Notes under the pieces: model-generated | The model's input: the letters and a program-made list of their open reading frames with translations, nothing else | What the model was told of the DNA's origin: nothing | Database searches by the model: none | Part shown: in pieces, positions 35,640 through 49,004 of the stretch | Position numbering within the stretch: position 1 is the first letter of the stretch | Layout: the number at the start of each line of letters is the position of its first letter | Source of the DNA: Gnetum montanum | Lineage: Eukaryota; Plantae; Gnetophyta | DNA: 64,000 nt | Assembly: GCA_015680685.1 (NCBI GenBank) | Contig: MNCI01002812.1 | Coordinates: 286,181 to 350,180, forward strand | Reading direction: 5' to 3' | Program-made: the position numbers and the translations under genes

Positions 35640-38600
35640 GATAAGGTGTTCATTTCTCAGGTTATAATGCCTAGGTTCAAGCTTGGGCATAGCCACTTAA
35701 AAAGAGGTTTGGCTTCAATCATATATTGACCATCTCAAGATCCCATTTAGAAAGCATGAAGCCTCTAGGTAATGATCCTTTTTTATAGAATATTAAATAT
35801 GAACTCATATAGCAAATCCGACAAAGTATAAGTTGCAACTTCTTCTCCATATCCATCAAAAAAATTGCCTTTACAGCAAGGAACTCCTTTCTCAATGTCT
35901 CAAATTTCATGAAATTTATGTTAACGGTGAGATTCTATCTATCCTATGGATAGTTTAAATGCTCTTTAATCATTATTTAGACACGTTTACTTCATAATGT
36001 ATTAATAAAAAGGCTCTAGAACTTTTTAATCTATGACTCCTACTTATTCTTACTCCATTTTGAGGTAGGATGACATATAAACTATGCAGAATTTTAACAA
36101 AGCTCTATTTTCCATGGCAAATCTTCTAATCTAGAGAACCTACACTCTAAGTTTTATAAAGAGTTTTGGAATGATATTGCTGTAAACTTTTTCAAGTGTA
36201 ACAAAGCTCTTTCTCAAGGTTTTTCTTGACCAAATGATTAAGCAAGGTCTAAAAAAAAATCATTCCAAAGTGAAGTAATAGATTTAATATCATTAATTAG
36301 GAATTCATCCCTTTGTTAAATATTAATTATAAGATTATTGTTAAGGCTCTTGCTTTAAAAGTTCGCAAGTATTTGCCTCAATTAGTCAAAGAAGAAGAAC
36401 TCTACCAATGTCGTTCCTAATCCTAAATACAAAAGGAGAAGGGTAAGTGTCAAGTTGGTAGCTAATTGTGAAACCATGTCAAATCTCATGAATGAGTTCT
36501 TTTTCAGATTTTGCATATGTGGGGGCATTCCCATGATGCAATGCATAGTAATCATAGGGCATAGTTGCTGTGGAAAATAGGCAAAGGCTTACCATAAAGA
36601 TCTAACTCTTCATAGAGGTAAATGGTGAAAAAGAACTCACATAGCCAACCTTATTTTGTTGGGACAAGACTAGGATGATGATGGTAAGTCAAAGAAGAAC
36701 AAATAGGTTTTGTCTCAAGTAAATTTATTTTGGATAATGTTTTCATAGCTACAAAGACTATGACTTTGGCCATGGATACTCATCAAGATATTATTTTCTA
36801 AAATTAGATTATGCAAAAGCTTATGACAAGATGGAGTGGCTTTTCATTTTAGCTATATTGCAAAAGTTAAGCCATGGTTCTTCTTTTTATCTCTAATGTT
36901 AAAATGTTATTTTCTTCTACTAGTATCAAGATATCCATTAACAAGAGTTGTTCTCTAGTTAGTACTCTTCAAAGATCAATAAGGCAAGGTTGTTCCCTTG
37001 ATACCCAATTTGTCGTTCTTGTTGTTGAAGCTTTTAAAGATATTTCAAAACACTATCTCTCCCTAAAGACAAGGCCAAAGTTTTATCTCTTCCTAGTGTT
37101 AAATGCCAAATTATTAATAGCCACTTTGAAAATGATAGTTTTCTATTATTCTTCCTTTAAATCTCCTTTTCTATTACTCCTTTTTGTCCCTTAGTTTCCG
37201 CTAATCATTTTTGGGGGACATGCCTTCATAAAAGTTCATTAAAAAATCTATAAGTGGTTTGGTAAAAATTGTACTTACCAAGAAGATTTATGGTTATTTC
37301 TAGAATTTTACAATCTATTCATGTTTATTATTCTTCCTTTATGGCTCGTTCTAAAAGATCATATGAGCATTTAAAAGTAGCTTATTAAATCCTTTTTTGG
37401 AGAAACAATGATGTTTTTTATTACTTTCCTCAAGTTAATTAAGAATTTTGTTCTCTTAATATAAAGCTAGGTGATTTGACTCCTCCTTCAACTTATTATC
37501 AAAGAATATTACTTGTTGCCAAATGTATTTTAAAAGCTTTGCAAGGTGATGAAAGTTGAAAACTTCTTATTAAACATTGAATTAAATCTAGTTATCTAGC
37601 TAATTCAAAATTTTGGTTTAATATTTGGTGAGAAAATTGGGAGATCATTTGTGCTTCAATGAATTTGGTCAACTTGACAAAAGATCAGTTCCTATTTGTA
37701 TTGGCACCCTACCCAACAATCTAGTCTGCACCTTGTCGTGAAAGTATTGATATTTTAGTTGTTTATGATTCTCACTAGAAAAAGATCAAATTTAATCACA
37801 AAGGGGTTCTTCATGTTACAGATTTTTTCTATAATACCATTTCTTCTATGCCATTAGAATGGGAAGAATTCCAAGGTAAATTCAATTTAAATAAAATAAA
37901 TAAAGCCTCTTTTCAGACTCTTCGTGACAGGTGTTTAGCTATCTTCTTGGAATCTTTAACTAATTTCTCATCCTCCTTTTGGGATAATTGGGTTGGGCCA
38001 AAGCATGCTAAAATGCTACAATTTTCTATTGCAAAATCTCAACAATAATTTGATAGAGAGAAAGCTCCTTTTTGAAATCCTTAATCTTAGATGAAACACT
38101 TAAAATGTTAAAATTGATTAGATACAAAAGTTTAAGAACTTGTAAAAACTCAAGGTTTAGCAGAAAGTGCAATTTTTTGCTTACTATTAATTATATAGAG
38201 GCCTTCCTATTGGATGTTGATTATAACTTCTTATTTTTGATAATCCAGTTTGCTCTTAAAAAGACTTTATCGAACATATTTTATTTACTATTGTTTTGCT
38301 CAATAAGCTCAACAATGATGTTTTCCAATTTCCAAATTTCAAACTACTAGAATTCTCCTACTTATGCCATTTGTGCAAAGATAATAAATAATAGCACTTT
38401 GGATACTTTTTGGAATATGCTTAGGCTTGACTTCCTTTTTTACCTTTGGAAGTACAAATGTGATGTGATTTATAAAAAGGTGCTTTATGATGCAGAGCTT
38501 TAATTTTGAATTAAAGTTAAGTCTTTATATGAACTTTTTATTTCAGATTTATTGAAAAAGTACACAATGGATGTTAATCATCTCTTTTCTTCCTTATATA
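35640..38600 (+). mobile_element. Old AT-rich L1/Tx1-like LINE ORF2 remnant
   Basis: IPLLNINYKIIVKALALKVRKYLPQLVKEE, KLDYAKAYDKMEW and LQRSIRQGCSL, with many stops. Boundaries are approximate. Confidence 0.8.
36397..36686 (+). mobile_element. Non-autonomous RTE-type SINE with 13 bp TSD and twister-like 5' end
   Basis: TSD AGTCAAAGAAGAA at 36384-36396 and 36687-36699. The 3' end CACATAGCCAACC...TTGGGACAAGACTAG(GAT)n is RTE-like. It interrupts the L1 RT at QLVKEE|Q. Confidence 0.8.
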
Positions 38601-40230
38601 CATGGAGGATGTTCATTATGCTATTTCTTAATTTCTTCTTGAAGATTTATGATTTTTTATTTAAAATGCTTAATGGTAAATTTTGATTTATGAGAAGCCT
38701 CTTGTTGAAAATAAAAACATAAAAGGACACTTCTAGAGTTAGATCCATTTCCTAAACCCAAAAGGAAGTTTTTTAGAATTGGTTGAAAGAATGAAAACCA
38801 ATAAAACTGTTGGGTCTTTCCTTTCTCTTAATGATGTTAACAACATTTTAATGCTATCATGTACTATACTGTGTGTCTGGTCAACATGGATTTATTGTTA
38901 CTGTTTAATAATTTAATTTGTTACTTTTTGAGAGTCTAATATAACAACCCCCCTCCCCCCCCCCACCCCCCAACAAAAAAGAAAAGGGAAAAAAAGCTCC
39001 CTCCCTCCCCACCCCCCCCCCCCTAACAAAAAAGAAAAGGAAAAAAAAGCTCCCTGTCGATGTCTCATAATCCAACCATCAATAATTGAATTGTTTTTGT
39101 CCTTTTCTTTGATTTTGTTAGTTTAAACATTAAACAAGCCATCTAATAACTCTAGCTTGATAAAAAAATTTAAACAAGAACAACTAAAAATTACATATAA
39201 TCTTAGAGAGCAATCAAGGATAATGATAAAATATATTACACCATTATCCCCTCCAAGACAGCAATAAGAATTTATTACATCAATCAGGTTATTCAACTGC
39301 ATTTCACTTTTTCAGTAACGCATTCCGCAAATTTCTAACTTAAAAGTAAATAACTTACATTCAAACAGAAGGCCTTCTAAAAAGTGTCCTAAAAATAATG
39401 GTTTTCATACCAGTTGCAGATATTCAACCCTAAATCCTTTAAAGAAAAATATTTTAAAGGGTCATCGAAACACTGAGAATTATTAGAAGGATTAAAACTA
39501 AAAAATTAGTTATATTCATAAAATTGATTTCACAAGATAAACCTGGAGACTTTAAAGGCAGACACAAATATCACCTTTCAAAATTAAGATGTGGTCAACT
39601 TCCTCGTAGACAAAGATGGAGGATTTCAATTTTTGTGAGTGATTTCATTTAGATAGGGGGCCAAATACTTCCCTTTATAACTTTCTTTTTAGGTGATAAT
39701 AACAAAGTCTACGTATAAAGCAGATCCCCATATAAACCGAAGATTTAGCTGTGCGATTACATAACCAGTGCATAATGTAACGCATTTCTCATGTTGAAGG
39801 AACATAGATACTACTATATTTACTGTATGATTAGGTAATCAAAGCATATTTTAATGTATTTTTCATGTAGTCGGAGCATAGATACCGCAATGCCCCGTCA
39901 CAAATGCCCAAAAATAATGAATATCAAGATGTCCCCTTTCAATTAAAGTATTAAACCAAATATCAAAATTGCATTGCCTTATATTTTGTATGGCAAATAT
40001 TATCTGTCACTCCAATAAACCGAAAAACGATCTCATTTTGAATCTCATGAATTTCGCTTCTAGAATCATATGCCTAGACCACTTCGGTAATACTGAACAC
40101 CATTGTTGCAAATCAAATATTCTCACCGCAAAGAGTAATGAGCATTAACAAATCATAACTAAGGTAACGTGCGGAAATAGAAGAAAAAAACGGGTAAACA
40201 TAAAAATGGAAGCTATCACTACAAACATAC

Positions 40231-40306
40231 AAGGAAGCTGTGTGAAGGCAGCATATTTCTGTGTGCATTTGTTGCCGCAAGGAGATGTCCACTGCTGAGG
40301 CAGCAT
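40231..40306 (-). CDS. Host gene coding exon 1 (MLPQQWTSPCGNKCTQKYAAFTQLP); small Cys-rich protein, apparently of a conserved uncharacterised plant family
   Basis: ATG at 40306, gtatgt donor, 76 nt. NAGNAG acceptor at 40330-40334. Four exons splice into one open frame. Similarity to a QWTxPCG..CT.KYAA.TQ.PWRVFCKKGC family is from recall and was not searched. Confidence 0.9.
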
Positions 40307-40487
40307 CTTTGGAGTGTATGTTTTGTTACCTGCTGCAACAATTACAATGAAGAAACACCGCTATAAGCCAGATTCCAATTTCTCCTGTCTCGTATTTACA
40401 GTGATCCCCGTTGACTGGATAATACTGGTTTGAGGGCGAAGCTGTTTATGTCGTGCTTGTGACTACTGCCTTCAAAGCCAAACTTAC

Positions 40488-40620
40488 AGGTAAACGGTGC
40501 CGTGCATGCTGGAATGTATGTTGACAGCGATTAAATAATATATGCTCTGTAGCTCTGTTTCCCATGGAGGATTCGTTTCTGAGAGGGGAAAAACAAAACT
40601 TGTGACAAGGGAGAAAGCCT
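40488..40620 (-). other. Probable non-coding 5' UTR exon of the host gene
   Basis: GTAAGT donor at 40487 pairs with the acceptor at ~40330 to give a ~155 bp intron. The upstream boundary is a guess. Confidence 0.5.
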
Positions 40621-42384
40621 TCCGATGCGTAACCAGATATTTGACTGTGACTTATATTTAATAAGGTAAGAAGTCTTGCATTTATATTCCCATGTCATAG
40701 GCCCCCCGTAAAGCAATGTTCATTAAGTTAGAAGAAAGCAAACTTATACCTTTACCTCTTATTTTCATTTTTCAATTTTTTGGTTTTAGAAATCCTTATT
40801 TGTGAGCCATTAAACATTGCATGCGTGCAAGGCCCTGTGAACTAAAGACTAATGTTTCTTTGCTACTCATTTCAAAAATAGGGGGGTGTTATACCCAATA
40901 ATAATACTAATAATTAAAAGAATTCAAAGTACATTATATCATAATTGTAAAAGAGTTTAAAGAAAAGGCCTAATAGTTTTGCTTTCATATTTTCAGCCTT
41001 CTAACCAATCTTCAAAAGTAACCTCTTCTCTAAGTTATGAAAAAGATCATACCTTGCCCTTGTTAAAAAACACTCTCACAAGTTTTCACTTCTTACTAAA
41101 GGGTAAAAATACTCTCTTTACAAAAATGAAATCAACAATTAGAAATAAGAAACAAATTTCAACATAAAGTGATAGCTTACCTGACTTGAGCCCCAAAACC
41201 AAAAAAATTTATATTTCAATAAATGAATTAATTATTCAACCATTAGCACTTGCTTAAAGCTATAACTGAAAAGCAACATCTTTGAAAATTCAATATTTAA
41301 CTCATGAAAAAATATCACCATTATGCTCTTATTGGTGTAAAATAAATGTACATTGAAGCTTTCAAATATAATATAGAATAAGCAACTAAAAATGCTTCCA
41401 AATACAAGAAAATGAAGTAGACAAAGCAAGTTGATGACCAAAAATGATTTCATTGATGCTTAGTTGAAAGTTGCTACAAATTCTATATAACTATTTCCAA
41501 ACATATTGTACAACTCAACCAAAAACAACTATGCAAAAAAATTCTTCACTTCCACGAAAAGAACATCAACCAAAAACAATTCCCATATGCTACAAATAAG
41601 TATATGGCTGCATAACAAATTTAAAATTTTTAGAAAATGTGGGACGTTTCCAAATATCTTACATTTTCCTTAGTCAAAGCTATAGTGATAATTGCATTCT
41701 CTATGCCTTATTAAATTTGTTATGAATAAAATCATTCTAGGTAATAATCTTATGTGCAACTTTGAAGTTAAAAGGAGAAATAGATCTCTCATCATTCCAA
41801 AAATATTTGGAAAAGCTCAATGCAAACTAAACTTTAAATAAATTATCAATTTCAAAATTTAAATTTTCAAAAGTTTATCATCTTACTTTATTTAGACCAT
41901 AGAAGTTAAAAGCCTCCTTCTATTTAATCCAAATACCATGAATACATAAATAAGAAATTATAATGATTTCTAATTTGTTCCAAGTTTTGCATAATCTAAT
42001 CTACTTAAGTATATATTTTGAAACTATAATATAATTGTAGTTCTAATACTTATTAAGCATGTATAGTGTCTTCCAAACTTGTTTAAGCATTGACGAACCA
42101 AAAATAAAAATGTGCCAAGGAAAAGAAAACAGTGAAGAAAGTTATTTAAAAACAACCTATTATCATTTTTTTGGTTTTTCTTACATAAGTCTATTTATAA
42201 TAATGAGTATTTAAACATCATCTCCATTAATGCATTTTGCAATCCATTTTGCTAAGAGAGAAATGCTTTACCTATAAAAATTATTGAGGCCAAGTCATTC
42301 ATCTTTCTTATTAGTAGTGAAGATATATCCTAAGAAACTCATGAATAATTTGATCAATTTTATCATAAGAAGCTTTTGATTGTA

Positions 42385-44930
42385 GTTTGTTGTCTTCCCA
42401 CCTGGACTAGTATTTGCTTTGTCACGTATGGTTTAGTCCAGAGTGAGGTAAATGATGTGATCCTAAACTAGTGCTACTCCTAGAGACGACGGGGAACAAT
42501 CTTGATTAAGCTAATGGACAATGAAAAACGAAATCTATGCTAACCTAAGTGCGATGAGCATCCATCCTTAATCTTTCATATGCATCTTAAACCTCATGTA
42601 CTACTTCTGGGGTTACCAGCACATTACTTGAGCACTACTAGATACGCTACTGGATTACCAAGTAGTTATACTTAAATGTTCATGATTAAGTCATACTCAT
42701 TTTGCATTTAACAACAGGAATAGTAAATGACAATAAAGAAATATTAACTAAGAAAACAATAAATAACAATTAATAATTAAAGTAATTAAAAGCTAAGTGA
42801 ATGCTACAATGATGGAGTAATTTCGATCTTTATTGTCGATCGTGTGCATGTCCAAGTACATCACACTCGAACAAAGGTTCCGTACAATTACAATCATCAC
42901 ACTGTAGGAATGCACTTGGAAAGGAACTGAAAACTAACTAAAAACTGACAAATGACTCTCCTCTAAGACTTAACAAAAAGACTCATTTCTGTGTGCCTGA
43001 ATGTTGTATTTATAGGCCTACATAGGAATCATGATATTGTGTATTCAAATTGTTATCCAGGCTGCGATATCGCGTACCCGATATCAAGGATCCAATATTG
43101 GGGCCTAGATAACCACGATTCATTAGTATGGTTAAGTGCAACTGAGGCATATGATTTTTATCATTTATGTTTTATGTTCTAAGTTTCCTAAGAATAAAGA
43201 ATGAAAGGTATTTAACTGCTAATTTAATCTAACTAGCTAACATTTAACTAATCCTAACATAAGCATCCATTCCCACTTGCCGTACACATCCTGAACATGT
43301 TTAATGCTCCTAGGTTAGCATATTCTTGAAGTGGTCATACTTATGTTCTTAATTAATCGCTATTTAATTTAGCTTAGTTTAGCTTAATTAATTACTTAAT
43401 TACATAAAACATTAAAGGAAATTGCGTAAAATATTAAATGCATAAAGAAAATAATTAATCTAGTTTAAAGTGCTGCAAGGTTTATTAGGAAGCTCATCTT
43501 TATTGTCACACACACTGTCGTGCTCAGGTACAATAGTGCTCGAATAAAGATCCATACACTCTTTAACTCCTACTACAAGCACTTAGAAAAAATTCTAACT
43601 TTTGAATGACAAAACTATAAGAGCTTCGCTACAACTATGAAAGGAATGTCATAAATGTAGTTGGTGAACACGTATTTATAGGCAAAACAAGTAGCCCCAT
43701 TGATGGGTACATGTCAACAGGTCAAACCTTAGGTCAATGAGATCCTGTCAATGGGGTCACACTGATAGCATCCCATTAACATAGCCAACCAAACAACTCA
43801 TCATACCCCAATGATTGAATGAAAACTCATCATTGAGTTCTTTACAAAATTTGGGAAGGTATGGGATTATTGACACACAAAACAAACACATGAACTACAC
43901 AAAAAAACTAAAACTAAAACTAAGTGGCCAGAGTGTATGGTTTTACAATGATTATAAAATTTTGGATGTTTAGAGCAACAAAATTGAACACCAAGACAAA
44001 ACTGACAAACACAATTCCTCTAATAGTGTGAAGAAATTGGAGAAGATTAAATGGTCGTAGGTAGTGGAGGCTCTTGAGGCTCCAAAGGACCTTCTCCTGC
44101 TTCAAGCACACGCGATGGGTGAGGCAATTGTGATTGTCCTACAGTAACTGCAATGTCTAGTGGAAGACAAAATGCATCCAACAGTGCCTTCATCTTTTCC
44201 TCCTTTTCCCTAGGATCGTTCATGATCCATGTAGCATCTCGAATGTGGGTAGGAGTGGGAACATCCTAGGGATATGGCTTTTTCAAGAAAAACTTCTTCA
44301 TGTTGACAGACTAGGCAACAAAAAGCTTACATTCAACATCAAACACCTTGAGAGCATTCTGCAGCTCCTGGTAGTCGTTCATCCTTTTGGCCAAGTTCTC
44401 TGCAATTGATATTTGATTAGTGAATTATGCTTTGAGAACCTCAATTTTAGCATTAGCAATCTCAAGCTTTTGCTTGGTCTCCTTATGGATTTTTAACTTA
44501 TAGCAAGTACAAGTTGGCAACTAGCTTCTCCAACTCTAACCGCAGCTATCCAACAGTCAATATCATCATATTTTGCATGATGGAGATTGGCAAGCTCCAT
44601 GTACTCTATCATCTCCTCGATCTACAGCTCTTTCATGTAGATCTCCACTTTGTTGTAGTCATTGAGCCCATCGAAGATACGCTGCCAGACATCACCTCCT
44701 TCCTTGAGCTACCAGAGGGTCACGTTGACTTTTGCCTTCACCATCTAGATGTGTTTTTCATTGATTTCTTTTTGTAAAATAATTTGATCTCTGTAGTGGT
44801 TCTTAACTCTCTTAAATTTAAGAGCCTCATTCTTTTAGCCAACTATCTCTATCATAGACTTTTGAGGAAGAGCTTAGACTTCCTCTATGGAGAGATTTTT
44901 GTTTTCAGCTATTAACCTCCTCAATCTAGT
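42385..44930 (-). mobile_element. Degenerate Athila-like pieces: two partial LTRs plus 3' internal region
   Basis: An LTR starts TGATGAG at 43803 (minus) beside a PPT. 43810-44900 is the reverse complement of sequence like 45000-45730 and 61600-62680. 42385-43120 matches the LTR family at 51539-52540. Confidence 0.75.
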
Positions 44931-45736
44931 GTTCACTCTAGAGTTTGCCAATCTCCGTTATGCAAATCTAGCCATGTTGACTACCAGATGGCCATAGTCT
45001 AAACTTGAGAAGCAGGTGGCCAACTCGTACTTGTTGTATGAGGTCGAGTTCAAGCATCACAAAGACACCAAGCAAAAACTTGTGGTGGCAAATGCTAAAC
45101 TCAAAGTTCTTAAGGCAGAATTCACTGATCAATGATTAATTGCTGAGAATCTGGCCAAAAGGATGAATGACTACCAGGAGCTATAGAACATAGTCAAGAC
45201 ATTCTACATCAAACGCAAATAGCTCGTTGCCTAGTTTGTTAATGTAAAGGAGATGTTCTTAATAATGCCTTGTTTGTGGGATGTCCTTATTCCAACCCAC
45301 ATTGGTAATGCCGTGTGGATTGTGAATGATCCTTGGAGCAAGGAGGAGAAGATGAAGGCATTACTAGATGCCTTTCGCCTTCCACCAGAGGTTGCAACTA
45401 TAGTAGGATAGCCATAATTACCTTAGCTACTACACCTGCTTGGAGCTGGCGAAGGTCCTTTAGAACCTTAGGAGCCTCCATCGCCTAGAATTGTCTGAGC
45501 TTCTTCACCGTCTTCATGCCATCAGAGGATGTGTTGTCTAAATTTTTTGTGTAGTCATGTCATGGCATTCAATTTTGTATCATGAACACCACAATTTTTG
45601 GAATTTGTTGATTTGTACACTCAGGCACTCAATTTTCTCAAGCCAGTTTGTTTTGTTAAAAGTCAATCAATAATCCCATACCTTCTTAATTTTGTAAAGG
45701 AACTTGAGGATGAGTTTTCATTCAGTTGCGAGGGTA

Positions 45737-46662
45737 TGATGAGCATTAAAGTGTCATGTTGATGGGCCCTCATCGATGGGGCTCCATTTACATGGTATTG
45801 TCCCATTGATGTGACTGCATCAATGTAGCATTTGCTACATCTACGGGGCATCATTGATGCAATACTATAGAAAAAACTATAAATACGAGCTCCTAGCTGT
45901 GTTTATGGGGATTAGAAAACATGGTAGTAGCCGAACTCTTACAATTTTTACATTCAAAAGTTAGAACATTTTTTTGAATGCCCGTAGCAGGAGTCATTGA
46001 GTGTACGGATCTTTATTTAAGCACTCTTATACCTAAACCACACTAGTGTGTATGGCAATAAAGACAAGCTTCTTAATAAACCTTGCAGAATTATAGATAG
46101 TTCAAATGTTTTATTCATGCATTTATTGTATTCATTAAATATGTTATTAATTAAGCTATAGTAGGCTTTAAGTAATTAGTTAATTAATTAAGCTAAATAA
46201 ATTAGGTACATACGTATGAATGCTTTGAGCTTAAACATGTATTCACTTGGTAATCACAATAGCATTATTGCTTGGTGCACCTAGTAGCATAGCACTTGGT
46301 AATCCAACAATGGATATGTGGGTTCAGAATGTGTACAAAAAGTGGGACCCAATGCTCATGTTAGGACTAGTTAAAGGCTAGTTAAGTAGTTAAATTAAAT
46401 TAGTCATTAAAATACTTCATCTCTCTATTTAAGTACCAAAGAACATAAAACATACAACGATAAAAATCATATGCCTCAATTACACTTTACTTTTGTACAT
46501 CACAAGTGTAATTTAGAAGACAACAAATGACCTTAGGGTAAGGTTCACTACCTAGAAGACTAGTGCACTGGAAACTATAAAGTCCATGGAAATCAATTGG
46601 ATCGCACGTGAACGCTTCATGATTCATATGGTTGGGCGTAGGGGTACCTTGACTGCTCAACA
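45737..46662 (+). repeat. LTR (TGATGAG...CTCAACA)
   Basis: Aligns to 62688-63618. Preceded by a PPT and followed by a PBS. Confidence 0.88.
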
Positions 46663-49004
46663 TTAGTACCATTGCTGGGGACTCTATTTGTTGAAATGTG
46701 TGCTATCTAGGATTAGTGAACATTATTAATATCATTGGACAAACCCAAGGTCAACATCACTCTCAATGACATATAATTACAAAAGCACATTGATATTTTA
46801 TTTGTTTGCAAAACATCTTCTTCTTCTCATAGGCATGAAGATGTCAAACCACCGGTCCCATAATAGTGCAAGGTGGTATATACTCATCTAGATGAGTATG
46901 TGCTTGACTTCATCTTCATCCTACACTAGGATGAGCAACTAAGATGGTGTGATATGGAGGATAACATTGTAACACCCCTAATCAATCTATGCCCGTGATG
47001 CTACTTTGAACTCTTAAGAAGTTAGGCATTCACGATCTTCAAGAGGAGTATGTTGTGCATGACTAGGACTATCGAGACTACTGTCCCATTAACACACAAC
47101 ATAGGAGAGATCAACATCAGGAGAAGCATCATGAGGCTGTGAAGGAAAAACACTTCACCAATCCCTTGTTCTTGCTAAACCAAGATGACAATAAGGACCC
47201 TCCCTCTAAGGGATTTCAACATGATAATTCTCCACCACTAGTTACTGATGATGGGTGTGTGAACCTGAATCTACATTCTACTATCAACATTCCAGGTTTA
47301 AGGAAAAGATGGCAACTAAGGCAGGAGCTTAGGTAAGCATCAAGATAATAAGAAATCTGATGAATGTGGTTGTCACAACAAAAGGGGAGTTGGTAGATAC
47401 CATGGTGGTGGCAGTTCTCCTCCCTCTTCATTCTCTTCATTTGCATCCTCTTCTTCTGATTTTGAAAGATGCTGCAAAAGGAATAATCATGATGGAGATG
47501 CTCAACGAGATAACAATATTGATCACCAAGCCTATAATAAACAAAGGGGTAACAAAGGACATCATCGGTAACAATGTGATGATGATGATGAGCCTCTATT
47601 GGTAACTCAAAGCATGCTTAACATTGCAAAGGTAGTAAGATTCCAACTAGGCATGTGAAAGATAGTCAGATCAAGCACTTAGACATGAGTAATATCCCAA
47701 GATTTGAGGGGGGATATAACTCTAATTTGTAGATATATCTACAAGCTTTCCATGATGCCTGTGCCTTTCAAAACATTGAAAATGATTGTTAGAAACTCAA
47801 GCTCTTCCCCAAGATACTCATTAAGGAAGAAAAAAGCTGGTACCAGTCCTTAGAGCTGGAAACTATCTACCAATGGAGTATAATGCTTGAGCTATTCAAT
47901 GATAAATACTATACGTACTTTAGAGTGTCTAATCTGAGAAGGCAAATCCAAGGCTAGAAATAGGAAACACATGAACCCTTGGATGCCACCATGGGAAAAT
48001 ATCATTCTCTCTTACACCAATGCCCTGGCCATGGTTATTCTTAGAGGGAACAACTCTATAACATCATAGATGGACTTAGAGAAGAAACCAGAAGAACTCT
48101 TAGGGTTTATGCCCAAGGGAGACTATTCAAACTAAGAGCTCATTAGATACAAAGGCTGATAGAGTAGATAGCAAAAAAAGAAGGTGAGTTGTGAAAAAAG
48201 AAAAGTGTAGAAGAATATAATAGGGACCCTTCCATTAGGAAAAGGGAGGTCCGATTCTATGACGAGGAGAAGTCACCACTTAACGAAGTGGTAAACAAGA
48301 AAACCTTGCCTATCCAAAAACCTATTTCTGATATTTTGGCTAAGGTTGATAAATTATGGGACTATTTGGATGAAAAATTCTAAACTACTATGAAAATTTC
48401 TAAAACATCCAAAGTGTAGAATAGTGATCATGATTGCATGAGGCACAAAGAAGTTGAACATGCCTACTAGAGAGGTAAGGGCAAAGCTACTACAGTAGAA
48501 GAAGTTGTGGAGACAAACTTTGATGATGATGTTGGATGTGACATCTGTCAATATGAACATCCCAAGGAATCTTGCCCTATGATGTCCCAATGATAGGAGT
48601 CTAGGATGTATATGCTGAATCTATGACTAGCAAGGAGGTAAGCACCTGGAAGGTTGCCCCATCCTTAGGGCAATCCAAGGCAATTCCACTAGCAACAACA
48701 AGCTTACTATCCAAGTGAAGCTCCACCACAACCATATGAGCAATACCAATAGTGGCACCAACCATAGTCATGGGGAATGCCATAGCTAAGATAACAGTAC
48801 CCTTATCGACAACTAGATCCATATGGGTACTGATGCGTAATTGTGGCCATGATCACCAAAGAAGGAGGACTAGCACCATCATGGTACCTGCTACCATCTC
48901 TTCGGTGATCATGGCCATGATCATGATCTTGTTTCTTGTTTGCATTCCTAGCCTGGCTTCCCTCATTGGATCCTTCTTTGTTATTGAATCCATTCTTACT
49001 AGAA

